64,000 bases of DNA from Candidatus Terraquivivens ruidianensis (GCA_023267885.1 JALNLB010000003.1:12792-76791); one strand, 5' to 3'; shown: positions 1 to 10,252, counted from the stretch's first letter. Numbers and translations: made by a program. Notes: generated by a model not told the origin, from the letters alone.

Positions 1-917
1 ATGGCTGATGGCTTAAGCTTGAGTATCTCTTGAACGGCTATGCCAGCCTTATGAAGGTCGTCAAAGTTTAGGAGTACCAGCCCTGTGTGCTTAGGCTTAT
101 TAATGACCCCCAGCTTAGCTGATACTATTATACCGAGCGTGCCCTCAGACGCGGCGAAAAGCCTCCCTAAATCTATGAAACCATCGTCGAATGCCTTGTC
201 AACTCTGTAGCCGGCGGAGTTCTTGCTAAGCCTCGGGAACCTGTTGCGTATCAGTTCACCATATTTTTCCATTAGCTTCCTTAACCCTTCGTATATTCTG
301 GCCTCGTGCGTATTCTTTGAGACGAGCTCTTTCCACTCGTCAGAATTTGGCTTAAGCCTTTTACACCTTATTATCTCACCCGAGCTCAAAACGACCTCAA
401 GGGATAGTATGTAATCGATGGTGGTACCGTACTTTACTGTGTGAGAGCCAGCAGCATTCGTTGAGATCATCCCGCCGATCGTGCAAAAGTCGGAGCTCGA
501 AGGGTCCGGCGGAAACACCTTACCATATTCCGCAAGGGCCTTATCGAGTACAGATTTGTAAATGCCCGGCTCTACGACTACGTAGTTTTCGTCGGGATTT
601 ATCTCCAAAATCCTATTCATGTACTTAGAAAAGTCGATAATTATTCCCTCTCCAACGGATTGGCCCAGAAGGCTACTGCCACCACCCCTTGCGGTCAAAG
701 TTATTCCGTTCTCAGAAGCGTACTTTACGACCTCCACGACGTCATCTTTTGACCTCGGAAGCACGACGCAAAGAGGCATTATGAAGTATGCGCTGGCATC
801 CGACGCATAGAGCGCTCTTTGCCAAGCCTCGGACAGCACGTCGCCAGATATCCGCTCCCGTAAGTCTGAAGCGACCTTTTCAGGTGTCTTGGTCAACATT
901 TTATCCGATTTAGACAT
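1..917 (-). CDS. FAD-linked oxidase (GlcD/YdiJ-like, FAD_binding_4), 3' end runs off the window
   Basis: Manual translation (absent from ORF track): MSKSDKML...ALYASDAS...TARGGGSSLLGQS...VVEPG...PPDPSSSDFCTIGGMISTNAAG...ASEGTLGII. Confidence 0.9.
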   Translation of the reverse strand, partial: MSKSDKMLTKTPEKVASDLRERISGDVLSEAWQRALYASDASAYFIMPLCVVLPRSKDDVVEVVKYASENGITLTARGGGSSLLGQSVGEGIIIDFSKYMNRILEINPDENYVVVEPGIYKSVLDKALAEYGKVFPPDPSSSDFCTIGGMISTNAAGSHTVKYGTTIDYILSLEVVLSSGEIIRCKRLKPNSDEWKELVSKNTHEARIYEGLRKLMEKYGELIRNRFPRLSKNSAGYRVDKAFDDGFIDLGRLFAASEGTLGIIVSAKLGVINKPKHTGLVLLNFDDLHKAGIAVQEILKLKPSA

Positions 918-1039
918 CACAACGGTCTCTATTTAAACTGGAGTTCCTAAGAAATACATGTAATGATTCTTACAATAATCTATACTCGTCTTATACTGCT
1001 TAAAGCTAGTGAACTCAAGGACGTAATATCGACAAGTGT

Positions 1040-2173
1040 TTACCTTCTTGTTTTTTCGGCGACCTTTATAGCTATGCCCTCAGCCATCTCCGCTGTAGTG
1101 GTCTGTCCTCCCATGTCATATGTCCTTAACCTTCCCTCGAGTATCGCTTCCGCTACGGCATCCTCTATGACCTTCGCAACCTCAACCTCGCCGAGCCACT
1201 CTACCATCATCTTGCCAGCCATTATCGCCGCTATTGGATTAGCCTTGTTTTTGCCAGCATGCTTTGGCGCAGAGCCGTGGACGGGCTCGAAGACCGCATA
1301 ATTGTCACCTATGTTGCCACTGTACGCGAATCCGAGACCTCCGACGAGTTGCGCCGCCAAATCTGAAAGTATGTCGCCGAACATGTTCTCGGCTACTATC
1401 ACGTCATGGTCGAGCGGATTCTTCAGCATCCACATACACATGGCATCCACGTTCGCCTCCCTATACTCTATATCTGGATACTCGCGTGCTATCTTTCTGG
1501 CAACGTTCAGCATCAGCCCGCCCGTCTCCCTTAACACATTCGGTTTATCGACGACCGTGACCGACCTCCTCTTGTACTTTCTCGTATACTCGAAAGCAGC
1601 TCTAACGATCCTCTCACAGGCCTGCCTCGTCATAACCCGGAGAGAAACCGCCACGTTTTCAAGGCCAAACTTTTCAAATTCCTTCATCCTATTGTTCTCG
1701 CATAGTGCGTCGAACACGTTTCTACTCAGCGGGTAGAACTCGACGCCTGCGTAAAGCCCCTCGGTGTTCTCTCTGAATATCACGATGTCTATGCCATCTC
1801 TATAGTTGAGGGGATTCCCTGGAAATGCTTTACATGGTCGCACGCACGCATAAAGGTCCAGCTCCTGCCTCAGTCGAACGATTGGGCTGTAGTACGTGAA
1901 GCCCTTTCCCCGAAGCTCTGGTGCGAGCTCCCTTTCAGCATCTTCCTTGGGCTTCGAGGTTATAGCGCCGAAGAGCGCGCAATCCGTCTCCCTTATAATT
2001 TTGAGCGTTCTGTCAGGTAGAGGGTTTCCTTCTTTGCACCAAAATTCCCAGCCTATATCGCCATGTATGTATTCTGCATCGAAGTTTGCCGCCTCCAAGA
2101 CCGTGAGCGCTGCCCTTATCACTTCGACACCTATCCCATCACCCGGTAGCACAGCAATCTTGTACTTTACCAT
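1040..2173 (-). CDS. Isocitrate/isopropylmalate/homoisocitrate dehydrogenase family
   Basis: [41 protein letters not shown] motifs. Confidence 0.93.
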   Translation of the reverse strand: MVKYKIAVLPGDGIGVEVIRAALTVLEAANFDAEYIHGDIGWEFWCKEGNPLPDRTLKIIRETDCALFGAITSKPKEDAERELAPELRGKGFTYYSPIVRLRQELDLYACVRPCKAFPGNPLNYRDGIDIVIFRENTEGLYAGVEFYPLSRNVFDALCENNRMKEFEKFGLENVAVSLRVMTRQACERIVRAAFEYTRKYKRRSVTVVDKPNVLRETGGLMLNVARKIAREYPDIEYREANVDAMCMWMLKNPLDHDVIVAENMFGDILSDLAAQLVGGLGFAYSGNIGDNYAVFEPVHGSAPKHAGKNKANPIAAIMAGKMMVEWLGEVEVAKVIEDAVAEAILEGRLRTYDMGGQTTTAEMAEGIAIKVAEKTRR

Positions 2174-2284
2174 GGGATTACGGCGTAAACCTCAGTTTTA
2201 AAACGTTTTCTATCCACGACTCTTCTGTTGACTTTAAAGTAAAAATTGCAGCTTTAGGCGATGCTTGTCATGTCGATATGCTAG

Positions 2285-2635
2285 TTAAGAGCCGCCGAGC
2301 AATAACTTCTGCTGCTTCTTGAATTCTTCTAAGACTATTTTTTTGACGAGGTCGCAGGCCTCAACGACTTTTGGGTTCGCTATCCTATAGTAGACGTTTG
2401 GCCCTTCTCGCCTTGTCTCGACTATACCTACATCACGGAGAATTGCGAGATGCTGAGAGAGATTTGCTTGAGCGACTCCGACTTCTTCGATCAATTCATT
2501 CACCGTCTTTTCACCTAATTTCAGCAGGTCAAGTACGTGAAGCCTCGTCGGATGGGCCATGGCTTTACAAAACTTTGCATGGACCTCGTAGAATGTTTTA
2601 CTGGCTTTGACCTCCGTATTCTGTTTCTGCCTCAT
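2285..2635 (-). CDS. ArsR/SmtB-family regulator with two Cys, possibly persulfide-sensing
   Basis: AMAHPTRLHVLDLL...QANLSQHLAILR...RREG; Cys in KFCKA and EACDL; last gene of the sulfur operon. Confidence 0.9.
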   Translation of the reverse strand: MRQKQNTEVKASKTFYEVHAKFCKAMAHPTRLHVLDLLKLGEKTVNELIEEVGVAQANLSQHLAILRDVGIVETRREGPNVYYRIANPKVVEACDLVKKIVLEEFKKQQKLLLGGS

Positions 2636-3766
2636 TTAAGCCCATCCTTTCAAGACTGCACTCCAATATAGCTTTCCAACCAGCATCTTCGCATAATACC
2701 ACTTTCTGCTCAGCTTCGTCGGCTTTGGCGGGTTTTCGTAGTCGAAGACCATTGTTATGCCCTTCTTGAACCCTGCGTCGCAGAAGCATCGAACTTTACC
2801 ATCATAACGCCTTATTGTATCACTTCCCTTTATATCTGCCGCGATGTTTTCTGCCACGACCTTTGCTTCATAGTGGGCCGTGGCGCCCGCTTTCGATATC
2901 GGTATATCTGTAGCATCTCCGACAACATGAATATCATCGTAACCCTTTGCTCTGAGTGTATGCTTATCTGTCGGTATCCAGCCTCCCCTATTGCCCAGGC
3001 CCGAATCTTCTATTACTTTAGCGCCCCTATGGGGTGGGACAATTATCAGCAGGTCGTACTTTAGCGATTCACCCTCCAGCGAATGAACGAGCCTCTTCTC
3101 CGGCTCTATACGCTCTACGTTGAAAAGCTGTGTGTATTGGATGTCCTTTTTCTCCATAATCTCTTGGACTAGGGGTGCTACGGACTCCAGAGGGAAAACC
3201 CTCGGTAGAGGCGATAGGTAGTGGATCTCTATTTTGTGTCTAGAACCACGTTTCGTGAAGTAGTAATCGAGCTGACAGGCAGACTCCGCCGGTGCAGGTG
3301 GACATTTGTAGGGTATGCCGCCTATGCCAATCACAACCCTGCCGCCCGGAAAGCTATCGAGCGCCCTCCTCAGCCTTACTGAGGCATCAAGGTCGTAAAA
3401 GTGATGCGCGGCCTCGAAACCCGGCAACTCTTCAGGACACAACCTAGCACCTGTGGCCACGACCAAGTAATCGTAGCCCAAGATTCTGCCGGACTTTAAA
3501 CGGACTTTTCTATCGTCGGGCTTTATTAACGTAGCCTCGTCGATGATTAAGTCAACACGCCTATCGAGTAAGCGCCGTTCATCTCTGATCAAGTTCTCTG
3601 GCTTCTCGTCACCGAAGGCGACATAGATAAAACCCGGCTGGTAAACGTGTTTTCCTGTTGCGTCGACAAGCGTTATATTCACTTCGCTCGGAGAGACTTT
3701 TCTTGCTAGGACATTCGCTACTATCGTGCCACCTACTCCGCCGCCGAGTATCAGGACTTTCTTCAT
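2636..3766 (-). CDS. Sulfide:quinone oxidoreductase-like flavoprotein (SQR/FCSD family)
   Basis: GGGVGG FAD motif, HVYQPG, YKCPPAP, GDATD, KAGATAH, second Cys region RCFCDAG. Confidence 0.85.
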   Translation of the reverse strand: MKKVLILGGGVGGTIVANVLARKVSPSEVNITLVDATGKHVYQPGFIYVAFGDEKPENLIRDERRLLDRRVDLIIDEATLIKPDDRKVRLKSGRILGYDYLVVATGARLCPEELPGFEAAHHFYDLDASVRLRRALDSFPGGRVVIGIGGIPYKCPPAPAESACQLDYYFTKRGSRHKIEIHYLSPLPRVFPLESVAPLVQEIMEKKDIQYTQLFNVERIEPEKRLVHSLEGESLKYDLLIIVPPHRGAKVIEDSGLGNRGGWIPTDKHTLRAKGYDDIHVVGDATDIPISKAGATAHYEAKVVAENIAADIKGSDTIRRYDGKVRCFCDAGFKKGITMVFDYENPPKPTKLSRKWYYAKMLVGKLYWSAVLKGWA

Positions 3767-3768
3767 GG

Positions 3769-4011
3769 CTAACGTTTCTTCCGAACGATAAACTCTGCAT
3801 AGCCGTTACGGTCGAAAACCCCGATCAGCTCATGGCCAGCCTTCTCGACCCAGAGAGGTATATCACGCTTTGAGCCGCTGTCGGAAGAGTAAACACTGAC
3901 AACCTCGCCGACCTTAGCCTCCCTGATTGCCTTAATCAGCTCCATCAGAGGTCCTGGGCAGAAACTTCCTCTAGCATCGATTACCCTATCGACCTTAACG
4001 TCTTGGCTCAT
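3769..4011 (-). CDS. tusA: TusA-family sulfur carrier
   Basis: [15 protein letters not shown]...[13 protein letters not shown]. Confidence 0.93.
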   Translation of the reverse strand: MSQDVKVDRVIDARGSFCPGPLMELIKAIREAKVGEVVSVYSSDSGSKRDIPLWVEKAGHELIGVFDRNGYAEFIVRKKR

Positions 4012-4029
4012 GCCGTTTCATCCCTCATC

Positions 4030-4458
4030 TTATATGAACAACGTTATCTTAGCATCCTTTGCTATATCGATGAACTCACCAACAGCTACGACATCGTCAA
4101 CGAAGTCCGCAAGGTCTTCTTTCTTCATCCCCATAAGGTCAAAGGTCATGGCGCATGCGTGCACCCTTACTTTTCCCAGCTCCTTTGCTTTCTTAAGTAT
4201 CTCGTACCATGGCTGGACGTTCTTCTGCTTCATCAGCTGCATCATGGCCTGGCCCATATCCTCAAAGTCCTTCGAGATTTTCATATTGGTGGTCAGCATA
4301 TCTTTCCTTAGCGCGTTTAAACCCCAGAAAGTCGCAAAGATGTCAACTTCCATACCCATCGCGACGGCACCGGAGGCGATTATGCTGACTGGGTAGAGCT
4401 TATCGACAGTTCCCGAGAAGAGCACTATGGCAAGTTTCTCTACCATCCAACTCACCAC
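4030..4458 (-). CDS. DsrE2-like (DsrE/DsrF/DrsH) sulfurtransferase
   Basis: KLAIVLFSGTVDK, FATFWGL, HACAMTFDLMG, TLFI C-terminus. Confidence 0.9.
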   Translation of the reverse strand: MVSWMVEKLAIVLFSGTVDKLYPVSIIASGAVAMGMEVDIFATFWGLNALRKDMLTTNMKISKDFEDMGQAMMQLMKQKNVQPWYEILKKAKELGKVRVHACAMTFDLMGMKKEDLADFVDDVVAVGEFIDIAKDAKITLFI

Positions 4459-4464
4459 CTTAGT

Positions 4465-4476
4465 ATATTCGAATAT
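4465..4476. promoter_or_regulatory. Putative ArsR-type operator palindrome upstream of the dsrE-tusA-sqr-arsR operon
   Basis: Perfect palindrome ATATTCGAATAT next to an AT-rich TATA region, just upstream of the dsrE start. Confidence 0.5.
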
Positions 4477-4529
4477 TATTATAATATATAAACCTTAACT
4501 CACTACATTGGGTTAAGGTATAACCCTGT

Positions 4530-4892
4530 TTATTGGAATACGTATCCGCAGAATGGACAGATGGTTGAACCCTGCTCGACTAGATGGTGGCAGCTCGGAC
4601 AGTGAAACGAAACAACTCTGTGTGGTTTTTCTGCAGGCTGCTTGACCTCCGGGAGTGGGTAGGGTATGGCTATCAACGTCTCTGTATGTATAACGTTTGG
4701 ATGCTTCTCGACAACCTCATATATGGTTTTTGATAGCTCCTCGAAATCTTTTGCGGCTAACACTAGGACAGCATCGTACCTGCCGAACACACTATGGGCC
4801 ATCTTAACGCCCTTGATCTTCCTAGAGGCTATGAGCTCATGCGATGTACCAGGAACAGTCCTGACCAAGACGAACGCTATAACGGGCATCAT
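4530..4892 (-). CDS. Stand-alone Lrp/AsnC ligand-binding (RAM) domain fused to a C-terminal zinc ribbon
   Basis: AFVLVRTVPG...VFGRYDAVL...VIHTETLI followed by CPSC...CPFCG. Confidence 0.85.
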   Translation of the reverse strand: MMPVIAFVLVRTVPGTSHELIASRKIKGVKMAHSVFGRYDAVLVLAAKDFEELSKTIYEVVEKHPNVIHTETLIAIPYPLPEVKQPAEKPHRVVSFHCPSCHHLVEQGSTICPFCGYVFQ

Positions 4893-5143
4893 TTCTCACT
4901 TTTGGAGCCAGTAAGCACTATAGCAGTCTCTGTATGAATCACGTTAGGAACCTTCTCGATTACCTTATAAACAACCTCACTCAATTTTTCTAAGCTCGGT
5001 ACTTCAACCACGACTATTGCATCAAACCTTCCAAAGACCGAGTCAGCTTGGACAACACCTTCGAGGCTGCCAACCTCTTTTATGTATTTCAGAACCTCCA
5101 TGGACGTGCCCGGCTTTGTCGTGAGCATCACATAAGCCCTCAA
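4889..5143 (-). CDS. Stand-alone Lrp/AsnC ligand-binding (RAM) domain
   Basis: RAYVMLTTKPG...VFGRFDAIV...VIHTETAIV. Confidence 0.88.
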   Translation of the reverse strand: MRAYVMLTTKPGTSMEVLKYIKEVGSLEGVVQADSVFGRFDAIVVVEVPSLEKLSEVVYKVIEKVPNVIHTETAIVLTGSKSEK

Positions 5144-5243
5144 AACTTTTCACGACTAACCTTAAGCACAAAGTAGTATTTATGCGCTTTCTAGGTCTCG
5201 GTAAAAATTATAAATCCCACAATCACCACTAAGTTGGCTTGAG

Positions 5244-5591
5244 ATGGCACTCGTGGACAAGGAAGGGTTCGAGAGCATCATCTCCCTGTTGGTAAACGTC
5301 GATAAAGAGCTGGACGAGTTGAGGGCATATGCCGAGAAGGCTAGGAGGGAAATCTTAGAGTTGGCCAAGAACGAAGTGGCCGTTGCTAAAGAGGAAGCGC
5401 TGAAGAGGGTGAGGACAGTAGCTGAGGAAATTATAAAACATGCCCAAGAAGAAGCCAAGGTTGAGGCGGAGAGAATAATAAAGAAGAATAAGGAGCTCTT
5501 GATGAAGCTAAAGGCAAATATGGAAGTTAGGCTTAGCGAGGCGATTCAGTTCACGATGGATGTGTTGCTGGGAAAGAAGGAAATAACATGA
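5244..5591 (+). CDS. A/V-type ATP synthase peripheral stalk subunit H(G)-like
   Basis: Charged coiled-coil (AQEEAKVEAERII); overlaps the start of subunit C. Confidence 0.7.
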   Translation: MALVDKEGFESIISLLVNVDKELDELRAYAEKARREILELAKNEVAVAKEEALKRVRTVAEEIIKHAQEEAKVEAERIIKKNKELLMKLKANMEVRLSEAIQFTMDVLLGKKEIT

Positions 5592-6637
5592 TGCTTCGAG
5601 ATTTGGGATACGTCGTAGGGAAGAGTTATGGCCTAAAGGGCAAATTGCTCCCGTACGCTACGCTGGAGGAGTTAGCCGGCTCCAAAAACCTCGAGGAGCT
5701 GGTCGAGAAGCTAAGGCCGACAGATTATGGTCCGTACGTATCTGGTCTCCCAAGACCGTTGAAGCCCACGAATATAGAGTTAGCGCTAAGAAGACACTTA
5801 GTCGAGGTTCACTTCGACCTAGCCATGAAATCAGAGAATGCTGGCATAATCCAGGCCTACTACATGAAATACTTGGCATCGAACCTCAAGACCATTCTAA
5901 AAGGCAAGGCCTTGGGCAAGGGCCACGAGGAGCTTTTGGAATTCGTTGACCTTAGGGCCGAGGAGCTAGTAAGAAGGAGGGATATGGTGGTAAGGGCTAT
6001 GGCAGCAAAGGACCTGGCAGAGGCCGTAAGATCATTGTCCGGAACGAAGTTTGGCGATGTGGCGGGCATGGCTATGGATCTTTACGAGAAAGAGAAGGAT
6101 CTAGTCGTCTTCGACGTAGCCATGGATAAGGCGTACTTCTCGGAGGTTCTGGGGGAGTTCAACAAGCTACGTTTCACGGAGCGTAAGAGGATCAGGCAGA
6201 TGGTGGCCGCCGACATAGACGGCTACACGGTATTGGCGATTATGAGGTCTAAATTGTGGAGGCTTACCGTCGCTGAGGCCAGACGCTTCTTGCTGGACAA
6301 AGCGATAAACATTCCGAGAGAAATTGTTGATATGATGCTCGAGGCCGAGAACGTGTCAGACATCCTATATATTTTAAAGGAAACTCCCTACAAAACCATG
6401 CTGCCTGAGCCGTCAGCACAGGATGCCGCCACGATAAGGTTACTCGAGGAAGCCTTCGAGAGGTTAGCCTTGAAGAAAGCATCGGATGCATTTTTGAGGG
6501 ATATATTCAGCGTCAGCATTCCCCTCGCACTCATTAGGCTCAAAGAGCTTGAAATAAGGAACGTGTCTATCATAACCGCGGGCGTCGATGGAGAGCTTGG
6601 CACCTCTAGAATACTTCAGAGGGTCGTGAAGCTTTAG
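5588..6637 (+). CDS. atpC: A/V-type ATP synthase subunit C
   Basis: GLKGKLL...TDYG...NLKTILKGK...DKAYF...ELEIRNV, typical of the vATP-synt_AC39 family. Confidence 0.88.
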   Translation: MMLRDLGYVVGKSYGLKGKLLPYATLEELAGSKNLEELVEKLRPTDYGPYVSGLPRPLKPTNIELALRRHLVEVHFDLAMKSENAGIIQAYYMKYLASNLKTILKGKALGKGHEELLEFVDLRAEELVRRRDMVVRAMAAKDLAEAVRSLSGTKFGDVAGMAMDLYEKEKDLVVFDVAMDKAYFSEVLGEFNKLRFTERKRIRQMVAADIDGYTVLAIMRSKLWRLTVAEARRFLLDKAINIPREIVDMMLEAENVSDILYILKETPYKTMLPEPSAQDAATIRLLEEAFERLALKKASDAFLRDIFSVSIPLALIRLKELEIRNVSIITAGVDGELGTSRILQRVVKL

Positions 6638-6918
6638 TAGAGTATTCTGAAGTCTTTAAACTCGCCCTTGTATTCATCCCACATAACATCTACCTTCTCT
6701 ACGATAGCATCCGGAGGTCCTTTGCGACACCACTCTATCATGGAAATGACTGCCTCCCTTTCGCCCTCGAAGACCGCCTCGACCCTGCCGTCAGGAATGT
6801 TCCTGACCCAGCCTTTCACGCCCAGCCTATCTGCCATCCTCTTTGTGTTGGACCTAAAGAATACGCCCTGTACGAGGCCGCTCACATATACATGGGCTCT
6901 GGCCTTCATACCGCTCAA
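6634..6918 (-). CDS. acyP: Acylphosphatase
   Basis: SGLVQGVFFR...GWVRNIPDGRVEAVFEG...GPP. Confidence 0.96.
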   Translation of the reverse strand: MSGMKARAHVYVSGLVQGVFFRSNTKRMADRLGVKGWVRNIPDGRVEAVFEGEREAVISMIEWCRKGPPDAIVEKVDVMWDEYKGEFKDFRILY

Positions 6919-6920
6919 CC

Positions 6921-7745
6921 TTAAACATCATGTTCAACTATACATCCGTAAGCAGCCGGAACCCTTCTGGATAGCCTGTCGAACCTAGACTCAACTATGC
7001 TGAGCAGGTCTATGTCACACGTGACTACCGTTGGCCCAGGCTGTGCTTGAGTTAAAACGACTGGATGGACGAACTTCTTGGTACCTTCCACCGGCATGCA
7101 AACGAAGGAACCCCCTGGATGAGCATGATCGGATACATTTACAGCTACGATGGGCGTCCTATTCTCAAGACATCTTGCCTTTACGTATAGGTGCCAAGGC
7201 TCTATGGCCTCTTCTACTATCCTTGAGGGATTGAATATTAGCTCCGCACCCCTCAGGGTTAAGCACCGGGCAGACTCTGGAAATGCAACGTCGTAGCATA
7301 CCATGATGCCGAGTTTGATGCCGTTAACCTCGAAGACCTCGAAATTTGTGCCGGGCTTAAAGAACCTCTTCTCATCCCTGAACAGGTGAACCTTCTTCTG
7401 CTTTCCCACCACGCTACCGTCTGGGGCTATCACGTATGCCGATACAAACATGTCATTCTTGTCCTCCTCGTATATTGCTCCAGGAATTATCGTTACGTTC
7501 AGTTCTTTAGCAAGCCGTGAGAACGTAGACAGGACATATTCAACAGAATTAACCACTTCGTCTATATACGGGAGAGGCTCTTTATGCAACCACATCTCAG
7601 GTAGGCAAACGATTTCCGCTCCGGCCTTTGCCGCAGCCCTTACGAGCGACTCTGCCTTTACTACGTTTTCTTTTATGCTTTCACCAAGCTCTATTTGGAT
7701 GGCAGCAACCCTCACGTTCTGTCTCAATCTGCCTCCATATAACAA
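6921..7745 (-). CDS. Carbon-nitrogen hydrolase (nitrilase superfamily)
   Basis: Catalytic E (CLPEMW), K (KKVHLF), C (VCYDVAFPE). Confidence 0.93.
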   Translation of the reverse strand: MLYGGRLRQNVRVAAIQIELGESIKENVVKAESLVRAAAKAGAEIVCLPEMWLHKEPLPYIDEVVNSVEYVLSTFSRLAKELNVTIIPGAIYEEDKNDMFVSAYVIAPDGSVVGKQKKVHLFRDEKRFFKPGTNFEVFEVNGIKLGIMVCYDVAFPESARCLTLRGAELIFNPSRIVEEAIEPWHLYVKARCLENRTPIVAVNVSDHAHPGGSFVCMPVEGTKKFVHPVVLTQAQPGPTVVTCDIDLLSIVESRFDRLSRRVPAAYGCIVEHDV

Positions 7746-7816
7746 AGAGCTTTTTCTTAATTAATCATTATAAGCATTCTTTTAAATATGCCTTTGGGAT
7801 AAAGGTATGTCATAGC

Positions 7817-8806
7817 ATGGACAAGAAAGTCTTGATAACGGAACCTACTCCGTTTATCGAGGAAGAGTGGAAAATCCTTGAGAGGTATGCGAGCGTTAGG
7901 TTAGCGAAAGGTACAACGGAGGACGATTTGCTTGCTGAGGCAAAGGATGTGGACACGATATTGGTTGTCTACGCGAAAATCACGAGGAGAGTAATAGAAT
8001 CTGCACAACGTCTGAAAGGAATCGTGAGATATGGTATAGGCGTGGATAACGTGGATATACAGGCAGCAACGGAGAGAGGAATATACGTGGCCAACGTGCC
8101 GGATTACTGCGTAGGAACGGTTGCGGAGCATACGTTCGCACTACTCCTCGCATTAGCCAGAAGGATTATCTTAGCCGACTATACAGTCAAGAGCGCCAGT
8201 TGGAAGATTTGGACACAACAACCGATTGAGCTCATGGGCACAGACATTGAAGGTAAGGTATTGGGTCTGATAGGTATGGGTAACATAGGGAGAACCGTCG
8301 CTATTAAGGCTAAAGCTTTCGGCATGAGGGTTATGGCATACGACCCATACCTCGAAAAATACAGGGCAAGGTTGCTGGACGTGGAGCTCGTCGACTTGGA
8401 CACTTTGCTGAAGAACTCTGACTTCGTGTCGATTCACGTACCGTTGACATCGGAGACGCGAGGAATGATAGGTGAGAATGAATTGAAGAAGATGAAGAGG
8501 ACCGCATACCTAATTAACACGTCTAGGGGGCCGATCGTGAACGAGAGAGCGCTTTACGAAGCGCTAAAGGGTGGATGGATAGCCGGTGCAGCGCTCGACG
8601 TCTACGAGAAGGAGCCGCCGGACCGAGACAACCCGCTCTTCAAGCTCGATAACGTCGTCCTGACGCCCCACGTGGCATGGTATACGGAGGAGGCTCTAAA
8701 GCGGCTTAAGAGGTCCGTGGCCGAGGAGGCAATAAGAATGCTTAACGGTATGCCGCCTAAGAACCTCGTGAACAAAGACGTCCTTTTAGGTAAGAAAACA
8801 ATGTAA
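7817..8806 (+). CDS. D-2-hydroxyacid dehydrogenase (SerA/CtBP-like)
   Basis: GIGVDNVD, GLIGMGNIG, INTSRGPIV, LDVYEKEP, TPHVAW; start moved to ATG 7817. Confidence 0.93.
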   Translation: MDKKVLITEPTPFIEEEWKILERYASVRLAKGTTEDDLLAEAKDVDTILVVYAKITRRVIESAQRLKGIVRYGIGVDNVDIQAATERGIYVANVPDYCVGTVAEHTFALLLALARRIILADYTVKSASWKIWTQQPIELMGTDIEGKVLGLIGMGNIGRTVAIKAKAFGMRVMAYDPYLEKYRARLLDVELVDLDTLLKNSDFVSIHVPLTSETRGMIGENELKKMKRTAYLINTSRGPIVNERALYEALKGGWIAGAALDVYEKEPPDRDNPLFKLDNVVLTPHVAWYTEEALKRLKRSVAEEAIRMLNGMPPKNLVNKDVLLGKKTM

Positions 8807-8841
8807 AGATAGCGCTCCGAGACCCATAGTGGCGGTACACG

Positions 8842-10014
8842 ATGCAAAACTACGATTACGACCTCGTAGTCGTGGGTGCAGGGCCTGCCGGGCTTCTCAC
8901 GGCCAGGGAAGCCGCTGGCATGGGTTGTAGGGTACTCGTCCTTGAGGAGCATGAGGAGATAGGAAAGCCCGAGAGGTGCGCTGGCCTCTTCAGTATGTCC
9001 GGCCTTAAGGCGCTTGGTATACCTTTGTCTCAATCATACGTTCAGAACGTCGTCAGGGGTGCAGTATTCTTCTCGCCTTCTGGAAAGGCATTCGTTCTGG
9101 ATGCAAAGAGACCCGTAGCCGTCGTCTCGAATCGTGAGATGTTCGACAAATTCTTGGCACAGCAAGTAGCGCTTAATGGTGCAGAGATAGTTACTGGTGA
9201 AATGATTGTTAGAATAATTCCGGACGAAGATGTACCATCCGTCAAGACTTCTAGTTCCTCAATTTCGGCCAGAATGGTCGTTGATGCGGAAGGTCGGTCT
9301 GGATTCTTGGCAAGGCAAGTATGGAAAGATTGGAGACCTAAAGGCTGGATACCGATAATTCAGGCGGTCGTGGAAAACCATCGATTGGATAGGGACTTCG
9401 TTTATCTGTACTTCAAGGAGTACCTCAGGGACTTCTTTGCGTACTTGATTCCAATAGACAGCGAGCTGGGAAAGCTGGGCGTTGCGGCAAGAAAGGATAC
9501 GAGGAAGTTGTTCTTTCACTTCTTGCAAGAAGAGTTCGGACACGTTAAAACTCTGCTGACGACATCGGCATCCATATACACCGGTCCACCACTTGAACTT
9601 CGCCAGAGCGGTAGAGTGCTGGCCGTCGGAGATGTGGTTGGTCACGTGAAGGCTACGACTGGTGGTGGAGTAGTGTACGGCGGTCTTTGTGCCATAGAAA
9701 CAGGAAGGTACGTCGCAAACTTTCTCTTGAACGGGACAGGTATCCGTGAGTATCAGGAAAGGATGAGCAGAATATACGAACAATTGAAGTCCATACATAA
9801 GCTGCGCGTCCTTATCTCCCATATCCCGCCGAAATTCTATGACTCCCTATTCAAGGCAGCCAGCGACGTACATCTAGATATGTGGTTAAGCACTGAAGGA
9901 GACATGGATAGGCACGGCGATACGGTAAAGGCCATGCTCAAGTCAGGCATGGCGCTGAAGCTTTTTATGAGGACAAATTTCCAAGTACTGAAGGATGCTC
10001 TAAGCATTCCCTAG
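8842..10014 (+). CDS. Geranylgeranyl reductase-family flavoprotein
   Basis: VVGAGPAG, PERCAG, RxxFD, VGDVVGHVKATTGGGV. Confidence 0.88.
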   Translation: MQNYDYDLVVVGAGPAGLLTAREAAGMGCRVLVLEEHEEIGKPERCAGLFSMSGLKALGIPLSQSYVQNVVRGAVFFSPSGKAFVLDAKRPVAVVSNREMFDKFLAQQVALNGAEIVTGEMIVRIIPDEDVPSVKTSSSSISARMVVDAEGRSGFLARQVWKDWRPKGWIPIIQAVVENHRLDRDFVYLYFKEYLRDFFAYLIPIDSELGKLGVAARKDTRKLFFHFLQEEFGHVKTLLTTSASIYTGPPLELRQSGRVLAVGDVVGHVKATTGGGVVYGGLCAIETGRYVANFLLNGTGIREYQERMSRIYEQLKSIHKLRVLISHIPPKFYDSLFKAASDVHLDMWLSTEGDMDRHGDTVKAMLKSGMALKLFMRTNFQVLKDALSIP

Positions 10015-10063
10015 GCGACGAGCTCATACTTTTATAGCAGTTGAGCTTCCGTCATAAGCTGAA

Positions 10064-10240
10064 ATGAAGCAGATAACGCTTCCAACTTGTTCGTGGTGTC
10101 ACAGGTCAATATTACCTGGCGAGAGAGCGGTGAGTTTTCCATGTCCGAACTGCGGAAGGGTGACGATATGGAGGTGCAGGGTTTGCAGGGAGCTGGCGAG
10201 GCCTTACGTCTGCCCCTCATGCGGGTTCGAGGGGCCATAG
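10064..10240 (+). CDS. Small double zinc-ribbon protein (DUF1610/COG2888-like), 58 aa, below the ORF-track cutoff
   Basis: MKQITLPTCSWCHRSILPGERAVSFPCPNCGRVTIWRCRVCRELARPYVCPSCGFEGP; conserved position upstream of EF-1beta. Confidence 0.92.
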   Translation: MKQITLPTCSWCHRSILPGERAVSFPCPNCGRVTIWRCRVCRELARPYVCPSCGFEGP

Positions 10241-10252
10241 GAGGAGTGGCTT

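Noticed and set aside
7628-7816. N-terminal extensions in the ORF track (also at guaA, nuoB, MNT 56135, arsR 42204)
   Set aside because: They overlap divergent genes or promoters and lack family similarity; downstream starts fit better
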